Source: an uncultured Clostridia bacterium (GTDB lineage Bacteria; Bacillota; Clostridia; Christensenellales; UBA1242). From it: a DNA stretch of 64,000 bases. The position numbers and the translations under genes are program-made. The first letter of the stretch is position 1. The number at the start of each line of letters is the position of its first letter. Below are positions 1-7,842 of this stretch, piece by piece. The stretch is from NCBI GenBank assembly GCA_944383405.1, contig CALWPL010000002.1:2990-66989 (forward strand). Reading direction: 5' to 3'. The notes beneath the pieces were generated by a model that saw only the letters and a program-made list of their open reading frames with translations, made no database searches and had not been told where the DNA came from.

Positions 1-1941
1 TCTGCATTTTCTAATTGTAGTAATCTAACAAGTGTATATATAAAAGATATAGCGGCGTGGTGTAAAATAGAATTTTATAACTCTTATTCTAATCCATTGT
101 ACTATGCAGAAAATTTATATTTAAACAATGAACTAGTAACAGATTTAATTATCCCAGAAGGAGTAACGAGTATAGGAGAGGATGCATTTTATGGTTATAG
201 AAGTCTTGAAAGTATAACAATCCCAGAAGGAGTAACAAGTATAGGCTCTTCTGCATTTTCTTCTTGTAGCGGATTAACTAGTGTAATCTTTGAGGGAGCC
301 TCATATTTAAGAAGCATAGGCAATGAAGCATTTTCTTCTTGCAATAGTCTAGAAAGTATTATAATTCCAGGAAGAGTAACAAGTATAGGAGAATATGCAT
401 TTTCTTCTTGTAAAAGTCTTGAAAGTATTGTATTTTCAGAAGGAATAACAAGTATAGGAAAATATGCATTTAGAGAATGTAGTAGTTTAACTAGTGTAAT
501 TTTTGAGGGGGGCTTGCGATTAACAAGTATAGGGACAAATGCATTTTCTAATTGTAGTAGTCTAAATAGTGTATATATAGAAGATATAGAGGCATGGTGT
601 AAAATGGAATTTGATGACTATGATTCTAATCCATTGTACTATGCAAAAAAATTATATTTAAACAACGAACTAGTAACAGATTTAGTTATCCCAGAAGGTG
701 TAACAAGTATAAGTAATTATGCATTTTATAATTGTAGTAGTCTAAATGGAACACTTAGTCTTCCAAGTACACTAACAAGTATAGGCACTTATGCATTTAG
801 AGATTGCAGTAATCTAACAGGGAATTTAGTTATACCAGAAGGAGTAACAAGTATAGGGTCAAATGCATTTTATAATTGCAATAGTTTAAATGGGACACTT
901 AGTCTTCCAAGCACACTAACAAGTATAGGAGATAATGCATTTTCTGGTTGTAGTAGTCTAAATAGTGTATATATAGAAGATATAGCGGCATGGTGTAAAA
1001 TAGAATTTGATGACTATGATTCTAATCCATTGTACTATGCAAAAAAATTATATTTAAACAACGAACTAGTAACAGATTTAGTTATCCCAGAAGGTGTAAC
1101 AAGTATAAGTAATTATGCATTTTATAATTGTAGTAGTCTAAATGGAACACTTAGTCTTCCAAGTACACTAACAAGTATAGGAGATGATGCATTTTATGGT
1201 TGTAGTAATCTAACAGGGAATCTAGTCATTCCAGAAGGAGTAATAAGTATAGGGAATACGGCATTTTATAATTGTAGCAGTCTAAATGGGACATTGACAC
1301 TCCCAAGTACACTAACAAGTATAGGTTCTTCTGCATTTAGAAGTTGTAGTAGTCTAACAGGGGATCTAGTCATCCCAGAAGGGGTAACAAGTATAGGAAA
1401 TTATGCATTTTATAATTGTAGTAGTCTAAATGGAACACTTAGTCTTCCAAGTACACTAACAAGTATAGGAGAGAGGGCTTTTTATGGTTGTAGTAATCTA
1501 ACAGGAAATTTAGTCATTCCAGAAGGGGTAACAAGTATAGGGTCAAATGCATTTTATGGTTGTAGTAGTCTAAATGGGACCTTGACACTCCCAAGTACAT
1601 TAACAAGTATAGGCTCTTATGTATTTTATAATTGTAGTAATCTAACAGGGGATTTAGTCATCCCAGAAGGAGTAACAAGTATAGAGTCAAATGCATTTTC
1701 TGATTGTAGTAGTCTAGTAAGTATAGTTATTCCAGAAAGCGTAACGAGTATAAATTCTTCTGCATTTTCTGGTTGTATTCGTTTAAGGGTTTATTGTGAA
1801 GTGGCAAGTCAACCTAATGGATGGAGTAGTAATTGGAATCCATATTATAGGCCTGTATACTGGGCAGGGGAATGGAGTTTAATTGATGGAGTGCCGGTGC
1901 CAAATAGCAGCAGTGGTGGAGATGTTGCTGATGGGAATTAA
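1..1941 (+). CDS. BspA-like leucine-rich-repeat (LRR_5-type) surface protein, 5' end outside window
   Basis: Frame 1 is open from nt 1 (SAFSNCSNLTSVYIKDIAAWCK...), so the ATG at 97 is internal. The whole ORF consists of tandem ~22-25 aa units (IPEGVTSIGxxAFxxCSSLxG/S). The C-terminal cap CEVASQPNGWSSNWNPYYRPVYWAGEWSLIDGVPVP recurs three times in the 22029 gene. Confidence 0.8.
   Translation, partial: SAFSNCSNLTSVYIKDIAAWCKIEFYNSYSNPLYYAENLYLNNELVTDLIIPEGVTSIGEDAFYGYRSLESITIPEGVTSIGSSAFSSCSGLTSVIFEGASYLRSIGNEAFSSCNSLESIIIPGRVTSIGEYAFSSCKSLESIVFSEGITSIGKYAFRECSSLTSVIFEGGLRLTSIGTNAFSNCSSLNSVYIEDIEAWCKMEFDDYDSNPLYYAKKLYLNNELVTDLVIPEGVTSISNYAFYNCSSLNGTLSLPSTLTSIGTYAFRDCSNLTGNLVIPEGVTSIGSNAFYNCNSLNGTLSLPSTLTSIGDNAFSGCSSLNSVYIEDIAAWCKIEFDDYDSNPLYYAKKLYLNNELVTDLVIPEGVTSISNYAFYNCSSLNGTLSLPSTLTSIGDDAFYGCSNLTGNLVIPEGVISIGNTAFYNCSSLNGTLTLPSTLTSIGSSAFRSCSSLTGDLVIPEGVTSIGNYAFYNCSSLNGTLSLPSTLTSIGERAFYGCSNLTGNLVIPEGVTSIGSNAFYGCSSLNGTLTLPSTLTSIGSYVFYNCSNLTGDLVIPEGVTSIESNAFSDCSSLVSIVIPESVTSINSSAFSGCIRLRVYCEVASQPNGWSSNWNPYYRPVYWAGEWSLIDGVPVPNSSSGGDVADGN
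541..1181 (+). repeat. Intragenic direct repeat: 245-bp unit at 541-785 repeated at 937-1181 (396-bp offset)
   Basis: Hand alignment of the two copies shows about 4 mismatches (tctaattgt/tctggttgt, gaggcatgg/gcggcatgg, aaaatggaa/aaaatagaa). A more diverged third copy lies at nt 1-170. Confidence 0.85.
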
Positions 1942-2103
1942 AGTTAAAGTGGGTTAAAGAAAAATAGTAGTTTTAAGTTTAGAAATTAAACAAACAGTAG
2001 TTAAAACTTGTAAATAAAAGAGTAGTGAAAAATAAAAAAATTAAAAACAAATTTTAGTAAATAAATTGTAAAAATGGAAAAGTTATGGTAAAATATTCTT
2101 ATT

Positions 2104-2715
2104 ATGAATGTTTATGACTTTGACAAGACAATATACAAGTTTGATAGTTCGAAGAAATTTTATTTTTTCTGTTTAAAAAGGCACAAAAGACTCTTTTGGC
2201 ACATATTTATATCTGGGTTTTGGGGGCTGCTTAGAATTTGTGGGATTATAGACTTATTTACATTTAAGCAAAAGTTTTTTTCGTTTGTAAGGCATATTAA
2301 TGATATTGATAAGGATATTCGTGAGTTTTGGGACGACGAGATTATTAACATAAACACTTGGTATTTTGAAAAAAGGAAAAATGGGGATGTAATTTGCTCT
2401 GCGTCTCCTGAGTTTTTGATAAAAGAGATAGCAGGGCGAATAAATAAAACTTCAATAGTTATATGCTCATTAATAGATAAGAAAACAGGGTTATTTGAAA
2501 GTGGTTCAAAAAATTGCAAGGGGGAAGAAAAGGTTAGGCGACTTATGGATGCTGGATACAAGGAATTTGAAGAAGGCTATGGGGATAGCATAAGCGATGT
2601 TCCAATGATAAGCATGAGTAAAAAGCATTTTAGAGTTGTGAAGGACGGAAAAATTATAGAATTTGACAAAAAATATTTTGAAAAATATGAAAAAAATAAA
2701 AAGCAGTCTAATTAA
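2104..2715 (+). CDS. HAD-superfamily hydrolase (HAD-IB / phosphoserine phosphatase-like)
   Basis: N-terminal DxDxT motif (YDFDKTIY) and C-terminal GDSxSD motif (GYGDSISDVPM). The size of 203 aa is typical. Confidence 0.6.
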   Translation: MNVYDFDKTIYKFDSSKKFYFFCLKRHKRLFWHIFISGFWGLLRICGIIDLFTFKQKFFSFVRHINDIDKDIREFWDDEIININTWYFEKRKNGDVICSASPEFLIKEIAGRINKTSIVICSLIDKKTGLFESGSKNCKGEEKVRRLMDAGYKEFEEGYGDSISDVPMISMSKKHFRVVKDGKIIEFDKKYFEKYEKNKKQSN

Positions 2716-2958
2716 AAGGCTGTTTTTTTATTAAAATTACTTATCTAGTCTTGTTATATAATATTTTTAACTTTTAGAGGGTAATCGTGATTTTAGTGAT
2801 AGAACTAATAGATTTTAATTACTATTTTATTTTAATCCTAGCAAACTTGCTTAAAAGATAATTTTAATTAATTATAAATTACTTAGTAGCATTAAATAGT
2901 TTTAAAAGATATATTTAAAAATAAAATAAAAAAATATTATTTAATAGTAAAAAAACTA

Positions 2959-2987
2959 TTTACAAATTGTTAATAATGTTATATAAT
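2959..2987 (+). promoter_or_regulatory. Sigma-A type promoter for rplJL (TTTACA-17 nt-TATAAT)
   Basis: tttaca at 2959-2964 and tataat at 2982-2987, with 17-nt spacing, about 175 nt upstream of rplJ. Confidence 0.5.
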
Positions 2988-2994
2988 AACCACA

Positions 2995-3140
2995 CTTTAA
3001 TAAAACCTTGTTTTATCTAAGACAGCAAGTGAAAAATCGTAACACTGTTTGACAGGGCTTGCCGAGATAAGGAAAAGGGAACTCTTTAAAACTTTACAAA
3101 GACGACCTTATACTTATCTTAAATAGTATAAGGTTTTTTT
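2995..3140 (+). promoter_or_regulatory. rplJ leader with intrinsic terminator/attenuator (ribosomal protein L10 leader-like)
   Basis: Hairpin ccttatact (3106-3114) / agtataagg (3125-3133) followed by T7 (3134-3140). It lies between the promoter and the rplJ RBS (GGGGGA at 3151). Its position matches the Firmicutes L10 leader, but the L10-binding structure itself was not verified. Confidence 0.5.
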
Positions 3141-3159
3141 AAGTTTAAAAGGGGGAAAT

Positions 3160-3651
3160 ATGTCAAAGGAAGCATTAGAAGCAAAAAGGCAAATAGTTGA
3201 AGAAATCAAATCTAAGTATAACAATTCAAAGAGCATGATATTTGTAAACTATAAGGGTATTAATGTTGCTCAAGATACAAAACTTAGAAAAGATTTTAGA
3301 GAAAAAGATGTTGAGTACAAGATTTACAAGAATAGACTTTTAAAAATTGCTCTTGATGAACTTGGTATTAAAGGCTATGATGCAAGTAATCTTGAAGGAA
3401 CAACATCAGTTGCTTTTGGCAAAGACGAAGTAGGTGCTGCTTCTGTTTTATTTAACACAAAGAAAGATGTTAAGTGTTTAGAAGCAAAATTTGGTATTAT
3501 AAATGGCGAAGTGGTTGATAGTGCAAAGGTTGAAGAGTATTCAAAGATACCTTCAAAAGAAGTGCTTATTTCAAAACTTTTATATATGCTCAATGCACCA
3601 GTTTCTGCACTTGCAAGAGCGCTTGATGCAATAGCAAAAAAAGAAGCATAA
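3160..3651 (+). CDS. rplJ: 50S ribosomal protein L10
   Basis: 163 aa, immediately upstream of L7/L12. Typical L10 N-terminus (KxxxVxEIKxKxxxSKSMIFVNYKGINVAQDTKLR). Confidence 0.93.
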   Translation: MSKEALEAKRQIVEEIKSKYNNSKSMIFVNYKGINVAQDTKLRKDFREKDVEYKIYKNRLLKIALDELGIKGYDASNLEGTTSVAFGKDEVGAASVLFNTKKDVKCLEAKFGIINGEVVDSAKVEEYSKIPSKEVLISKLLYMLNAPVSALARALDAIAKKEA

Positions 3652-3715
3652 TTGTATAAAAAGTTAAAAATTAAAGATTAAAAAAATTAGTAAATTATAA
3701 AAGGAGAAAATTAAA

Positions 3716-4084
3716 ATGGCTATTGATAATATAGTTGAAGAAATTAAAAAATTATCACTTGTTGAAGTAAATGATTTAGTAAAAAAATTAGAAGAAGAAT
3801 TTGGAGTTAGCGCTGCTGCTGTTGTTGCAGGACCTGCTGCTGGGGCTGCTGCTGCACCTGCTGCTGAAGAAAAGACAGAATTTACAATTATTCTTAAAGA
3901 AGTAGGACCAAACAAAATACCTGTAATTAAGGTCGCTCGTGAGGCTACTGGTCTTGGGCTTAGTGAGGCTAAGGCTCTTGTTGACAATGCACCTTCAACA
4001 ATTAAGGAAAATGTTCCAACTGAACTTGCAAAAGAACTTGAAGCAAAATTCAAGGAAGCAGGTGCTACTGTTGAATTAAAGTAA
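3716..4084 (+). CDS. rplL: 50S ribosomal protein L7/L12
   Basis: 122 aa with an Ala/Pro-rich hinge ([21 protein letters not shown]) and a conserved C-terminal domain ([24 protein letters not shown]...ELK). Confidence 0.96.
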   Translation: MAIDNIVEEIKKLSLVEVNDLVKKLEEEFGVSAAAVVAGPAAGAAAAPAAEEKTEFTIILKEVGPNKIPVIKVAREATGLGLSEAKALVDNAPSTIKENVPTELAKELEAKFKEAGATVELK

Positions 4085-4106
4085 AAACTGGACAAAAAAA
4101 TTAAAA

Positions 4107-4136
4107 AGGCTTTGCTTTTTGCAAGGTCTTTTTTTG
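4107..4136 (+). terminator. Rho-independent terminator after rplL
   Basis: aggctttgc / gcaaggtct stem (9 bp including 2 G-U pairs), T-rich loop, then a T-run. Confidence 0.6.
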
Positions 4137-4196
4137 ATTTAAAAGGGTTTAAGTAATTTTTTAATTTTGTTAAATTCTTTTACTTTCTCTTTAATT

Positions 4197-4286
4197 AATT
4201 TTAATTTGTAATTTTTTATGATTAAATGCAAGTTCAAATATATATGCTATTGCTGAAGTTTTAATTTGTAGTTTTTTATGCTTAAA
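4197..4286. repeat. Intergenic direct repeat (~28 nt, two copies 60 bp apart)
   Basis: ttttaatttgtaattttttatgattaaa and ttttaatttgtagttttttatgcttaaa differ at 2 positions. Confidence 0.6.
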
Positions 4287-4332
4287 CTAAATCTAGTTAT
4301 ATAATTATTTGTTTTGGCTTTTATTCTACTTT

Positions 4333-4650
4333 TTATGGCTTCATAAAGGTCATGCATTTTGGTTCTTTTGACAAAGCGGCGTTTACAGTTATACCATTTG
4401 AAATGCAATGTCCGTTTTTATTAAATAAACAATTTGCTTGACAAGACAAATTCATATCGTTTAAGTGTCTATAATCTGCTATCTTTGGTGGGGTTTCGCT
4501 AAATATAAGCGAACTAAAATCTTTTATTTCTTTTCCTTTTTCGTTTTCATAATCAGTGCACACAAGTTTATTTGATATGTTTACTTTTTCTGACATACAT
4601 GTTAAGTCTTTATTGTATTTACAACCAGTCTTTCTACATCTTAAATCCAT
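4333..4650 (-). CDS. DUF1540-type Cys-rich protein (two DUF1540 repeats)
   Basis: The pattern C-x4-C-xYN-x4-C...I/V-x-I/V...C occurs twice (LRCRKTGCKYNKDLTC...VCTDY and LSCQANCLFNKNGHC...KCMTF). Confidence 0.6.
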   Translation of the reverse strand: MDLRCRKTGCKYNKDLTCMSEKVNISNKLVCTDYENEKGKEIKDFSSLIFSETPPKIADYRHLNDMNLSCQANCLFNKNGHCISNGITVNAALSKEPKCMTFMKP

Positions 4651-4756
4651 TATTCTGTTCTCCTTTTATTATAAAATGAGTATTGCCTAGTTTTTGGAAA
4701 TTAAACAAGTTGACGAGAAAGGTAAAAAATGATAAATTAATAATAGGAGATTTAAT

Positions 4757-5194
4757 ATGAAGGTTTTATTATTACAAGATGTTAAGGGTAGTGGTAAAAA
4801 GGGAGACATTGTAAATGTTAGCGATGGTTATGCAAAAAACTTTTTATTCAAGAAAAACCTTGCAAAAGAAGCAGATAAAGTTGTTTTAAGTGAAAAGGCT
4901 AGTCAACTAGCAAGTTTAGAAAGAACTAAAATGTTAGAAAGGGAAAAGGCTGAAAATATTGCAAAAGATTTAAAAGGAAAGACTTTTACTATTCATGCTA
5001 GACTTGGAGAGAATGGAAAAATGTTTGGGGCTATTACTTCAAAGGAAATTGCAGATACTTTAAGCCAAGAAGGATTTGAAATAGATAAAAAACAAATTAT
5101 TTTAAATAGCAATATAAAAAGTACTGGAAGATATACTATTGAAGTTAAGTTATATAGTGGGGTAATAGGAAAGTTTGATATAGTTGTAGAATAA
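4757..5194 (+). CDS. rplI: 50S ribosomal protein L9
   Basis: [30 protein letters not shown] is the canonical L9 N-terminus. 145 aa, with a GGAG RBS. Confidence 0.93.
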   Translation: MKVLLLQDVKGSGKKGDIVNVSDGYAKNFLFKKNLAKEADKVVLSEKASQLASLERTKMLEREKAENIAKDLKGKTFTIHARLGENGKMFGAITSKEIADTLSQEGFEIDKKQIILNSNIKSTGRYTIEVKLYSGVIGKFDIVVE

Positions 5195-5307
5195 TTTTTT
5201 TGTTTTACATTTATTTTATCTAATCTATTTTTAATGAGATAAATAAATCAACACCTATAAATAATTACAACATAATTTTTTTAAAAGATTTTTAAATTAA
5301 TTAAATT

Positions 5308-5335
5308 ACTAGAGTTTAACTCTGGTATTTTTTTT
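5308..5335 (+). terminator. Probable terminator downstream of rplI
   Basis: actagag / ctctggt stem with a short loop, followed by T8. Confidence 0.45.
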
Positions 5336-5580
5336 AATTACAAAATAAAACTAAATAGGGAAAAGTTTAAATTTTATACTTTTCATATTTATTGTATAAG
5401 AAAAATGTTGTATGAAATATTTTGATATAAAAGTTTTTGGGAAATGTAATAAAAATGCAAAAATTGTAGAAAATAGATAAAACATGTAAAATATTTTTAC
5501 CCAAAAACACAATGTCAAGAAAAAATACAAAAGAAAAAGCGTGTTATTTTAAAAAAATATAATAAATTGGTAAATTTTGC

Positions 5581-5610
5581 TTGATTAATTATATTTTTTT
5601 GTAATATAAT
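5581..5610 (+). promoter_or_regulatory. Candidate sigma-A promoter of the TasA-like operon (TTGATT-18 nt-TATAAT)
   Basis: ttgatt at 5581-5586 and tataat at 5605-5610. Confidence 0.4.
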
Positions 5611-5730
5611 ACGAGTGTAAATGGTTTTGGGCACTTCCATTCAAAAAGTACTCGTCATAACACCTTGTAAGATTGGGGCATCATTACAAGGTGGTAACTT
5701 AAAAACTTGTTTTAGTTTTTAACAAGATGT
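5611..5730 (+). promoter_or_regulatory. Structured 5' leader upstream of the first TasA-like gene
   Basis: Three hairpins: nested acgagt (5611-5616)/actcgt (5650-5655) with inner aatgg/ccatt; a perfect 10-bp stem caccttgtaa (5661-5670)/ttacaaggtg (5684-5693) with a 13-nt G-rich loop; and cttgtt/aacaag (5706-5726). None is followed by a U-run. Confidence 0.35.
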
Positions 5731-5770
5731 CAAATTAAAGATACATATCGTATCAAAAAAAGGAGAGATT

Positions 5771-6376
5771 ATGACAGGTAATAAAAAGTTAATGATTGCA
5801 TTATTTTCTATTTGCTTAGTTGTTATCGCTGGTCTTCTTACAACTGTTATCGTTCTTGCTACACAAAGTGGAACTATTACTTCAAGTATTAATATTTCCT
5901 ACACAGCAACCGATATTCAGGGAACAGCATCTGCAACTTATACAGTAAAAAATGGTAGCCCAGTTAATTTGGTTGCAAGTGATGGTTCTGCTACAACAAT
6001 TACATTTAACGCAGCAGATGAAACAATCACAAATTCACTTAGCATTCCATCAGGCTCACCAGTAAATCTAACATCAGCAAATGATTCTGTTACATTTACA
6101 TATACTTTCACAAATACTGGGGCTGCTGCATATAATGCAACAGTAAATTATACAGGAACTGATGCTACTAACTTTAATGTAGAATATTCAACAACAGGTT
6201 CTAGTGATTGGCAAACTCTTGTTCAAAGTGAAGGAGAAACTGTTCTTGTCGCTGCCGGTTCAACAGGAACTCCTACAACAGCAACATTCTATATTAGAAT
6301 TACTCTTAAGGATGTTGCTCAAAACGCAAACTTTGTTGGAAGTTTTGCATGGACACTTGCAGGACAAGCAGACTAA
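5771..6376 (+). CDS. TasA/CalY-like (camelysin family, SipW-type leader) secreted protein, paralog 1
   Basis: N-terminal basic-hydrophobic leader. FTYTFTNTGAA resembles the CalY/TasA FxLxNxGS strand, and the C-terminal QNANFVGSFAWTLAGQ resembles CalY QNIFQGDS..LEWTFNANQ. Ser/Thr/Asn-rich with no Cys. Sits in an operon with a SipW-type peptidase. Confidence 0.6.
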   Translation: MTGNKKLMIALFSICLVVIAGLLTTVIVLATQSGTITSSINISYTATDIQGTASATYTVKNGSPVNLVASDGSATTITFNAADETITNSLSIPSGSPVNLTSANDSVTFTYTFTNTGAAAYNATVNYTGTDATNFNVEYSTTGSSDWQTLVQSEGETVLVAAGSTGTPTTATFYIRITLKDVAQNANFVGSFAWTLAGQAD

Positions 6377-6389
6377 TTTGAGTTTAACT

Positions 6390-6450
6390 ATTGACACTAT
6401 AAAAATTTGACTTTCATAGCCCCAGAGAGTTTGATTTTTATAGTGTCAAT
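6390..6450 (+). terminator. 17-bp perfect inverted repeat (27-nt spacer) between paralog 1 and 2; candidate partial terminator
   Basis: attgacactataaaaat (6390-6406) is the exact reverse complement of atttttatagtgtcaat (6434-6450). It is followed by attttg, which is only a weak U-tract. Confidence 0.45.
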
Positions 6451-6548
6451 ATTTTGTAATTAAGTATAGTTTATTTTTATATATTGTTGTTTTTATATTT
6501 TAATATAAAATAAATTATCTTGAAATAAATTAAAAGGAGATACTGACT

Positions 6549-7127
6549 ATGACAGCAAGATGGAAATTGGGATTAACTATTATGTCATTATTGCTAGTAT
6601 GTGTAATGTCAGTATGTGCAATTATTGTTGCATTTGCATCAACGACTCATGGTTTTACATCTGCAATAAGTATTAGTTATACGGCAACAGATATTGATGG
6701 AAATATAAGCGCTACATACAAAGTAGGGGCTACTGGCACAGAAACTCCACTTTTAAATCAAGAGAACGAGGGAGTTGTTTATTTTGATGCCTTAGATAGT
6801 CAAGTAACTGGGAGTTTTTTAATAAACGACCCTATAACATTAACTAGTGATGCAAATTATGTTGAATTTAAGTACAGTTTAAATAATACAGGTAGTGTTA
6901 AATGGCAAGTTACTATTAATTTTTCTGATGTTGAGGGAGATAATACTTCAAATGTAAGCGTAACATATTCGACTAATGGCTCGTCTTATTCAAGTTCTCC
7001 TTTAAATCTTCAAGTGGCAGGAAATAGTAGTGCGACTTGTTATGTAAGAATCGGTATTGCAGATACAAGCGTTGATACGACTTATACAGGTGCACTTAAT
7101 ATTGCTATGAGTTCAGTTGAAAGTTAA
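6549..7127 (+). CDS. TasA/CalY-like secreted protein, paralog 2
   Basis: Same length class and same N-terminal register as paralog 1 (TSAISISYTATDIDG vs TSSINISYTATDIQG). Also carries FKYSLNNTGSV and CYVRIGIAD...YTGALNIAM motifs. GGAG RBS. Confidence 0.6.
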   Translation: MTARWKLGLTIMSLLLVCVMSVCAIIVAFASTTHGFTSAISISYTATDIDGNISATYKVGATGTETPLLNQENEGVVYFDALDSQVTGSFLINDPITLTSDANYVEFKYSLNNTGSVKWQVTINFSDVEGDNTSNVSVTYSTNGSSYSSSPLNLQVAGNSSATCYVRIGIADTSVDTTYTGALNIAMSSVES

Positions 7128-7165
7128 TAAGAAAGCAGGCAAATTTATTGCTTGTTTTTATATTA
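7128..7165 (+). terminator. Possible weak terminator after paralog 2
   Basis: aagca...tgctt stem around an 11-nt loop, then gtttttat. Confidence 0.35.
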
Positions 7166-7262
7166 AATTTTAAGAATTATAAAAATTTTATTAAAATAAT
7201 TTGTCAATATTAATTATATATTGTATAATTAGTGTAATAATAAAAATAAGGGAATTATAACT

Positions 7263-7820
7263 ATGGTAAAAAAATTAAAAATTGCAATAACATCTCTTGT
7301 AGTGATAGTGCTTTTAATTGCAGGCGGTTGCATTGCAGGAACAATTATAGGTAATAATTATAAGAACGAACCTATGGCGACAGTTACAATAGAGTCTGGT
7401 GTTTGTGATCCTAGCCATACAAATGAATTTATAAAGAAATTTGATACTTTAACTACTGTTTTTGGTAGGGGGGACTTGGTAGGGACTGAAAGGACTCACA
7501 CCATTGAGTACCACTTAATGGATGCTAATGATTACATAAAAATTGTTTATACAATTCAAAATGAATCAACTGAAAGGCTTAGCCTTAATTTTAATGCGTC
7601 TCTTGTAGAACAAAATAATTACAGATTAACATATTTAACTGATAGTGTTGAAAATACTATTGAAAACGAACAGGAATATGAAAATCCATTTTCAGTTGAT
7701 ATTGAGGCTAATGAAACAAGGACAGTTTATTTATACATAAGACTTATATCTCCAGGTGAAACTGGTAGTTATAATGGAGAGATTAGTTTATTTATTACAA
7801 ATGCGGTTAGAGATGTTTAA
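7263..7820 (+). CDS. TasA/CalY-like secreted protein, divergent paralog 3
   Basis: N-terminal signal-anchor. Motifs IKIVYTIQNEST and TRTVYLYIRLISPGETGSYNGEISLFITNA parallel paralogs 1 and 2. The N-terminal strand differs (ATVTIESG). Confidence 0.5.
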   Translation: MVKKLKIAITSLVVIVLLIAGGCIAGTIIGNNYKNEPMATVTIESGVCDPSHTNEFIKKFDTLTTVFGRGDLVGTERTHTIEYHLMDANDYIKIVYTIQNESTERLSLNFNASLVEQNNYRLTYLTDSVENTIENEQEYENPFSVDIEANETRTVYLYIRLISPGETGSYNGEISLFITNAVRDV

Positions 7821-7842
7821 TATTTAGTGGGGGTTATACACT

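Noticed and set aside
3375-4095. Antisense ORFs inside rplJ/rplL (3375-3593, 3664-4095). Similar antisense ORFs lie inside other ribosomal genes, for example 33116-33496, 36269-36544, 37422-37964, 40271-40558, 41900-42139 and 42964-43266.
   Set aside because: They lie opposite highly conserved, confidently identified genes. They have low-complexity translations and no RBS.
6204-6410. 68-aa ORF overlapping the 3' end of TasA-like paralog 1 in another frame.
   Set aside because: It is fully embedded in a better-supported gene, has no RBS, and gives a Leu/Gln-rich nonsense-like translation.
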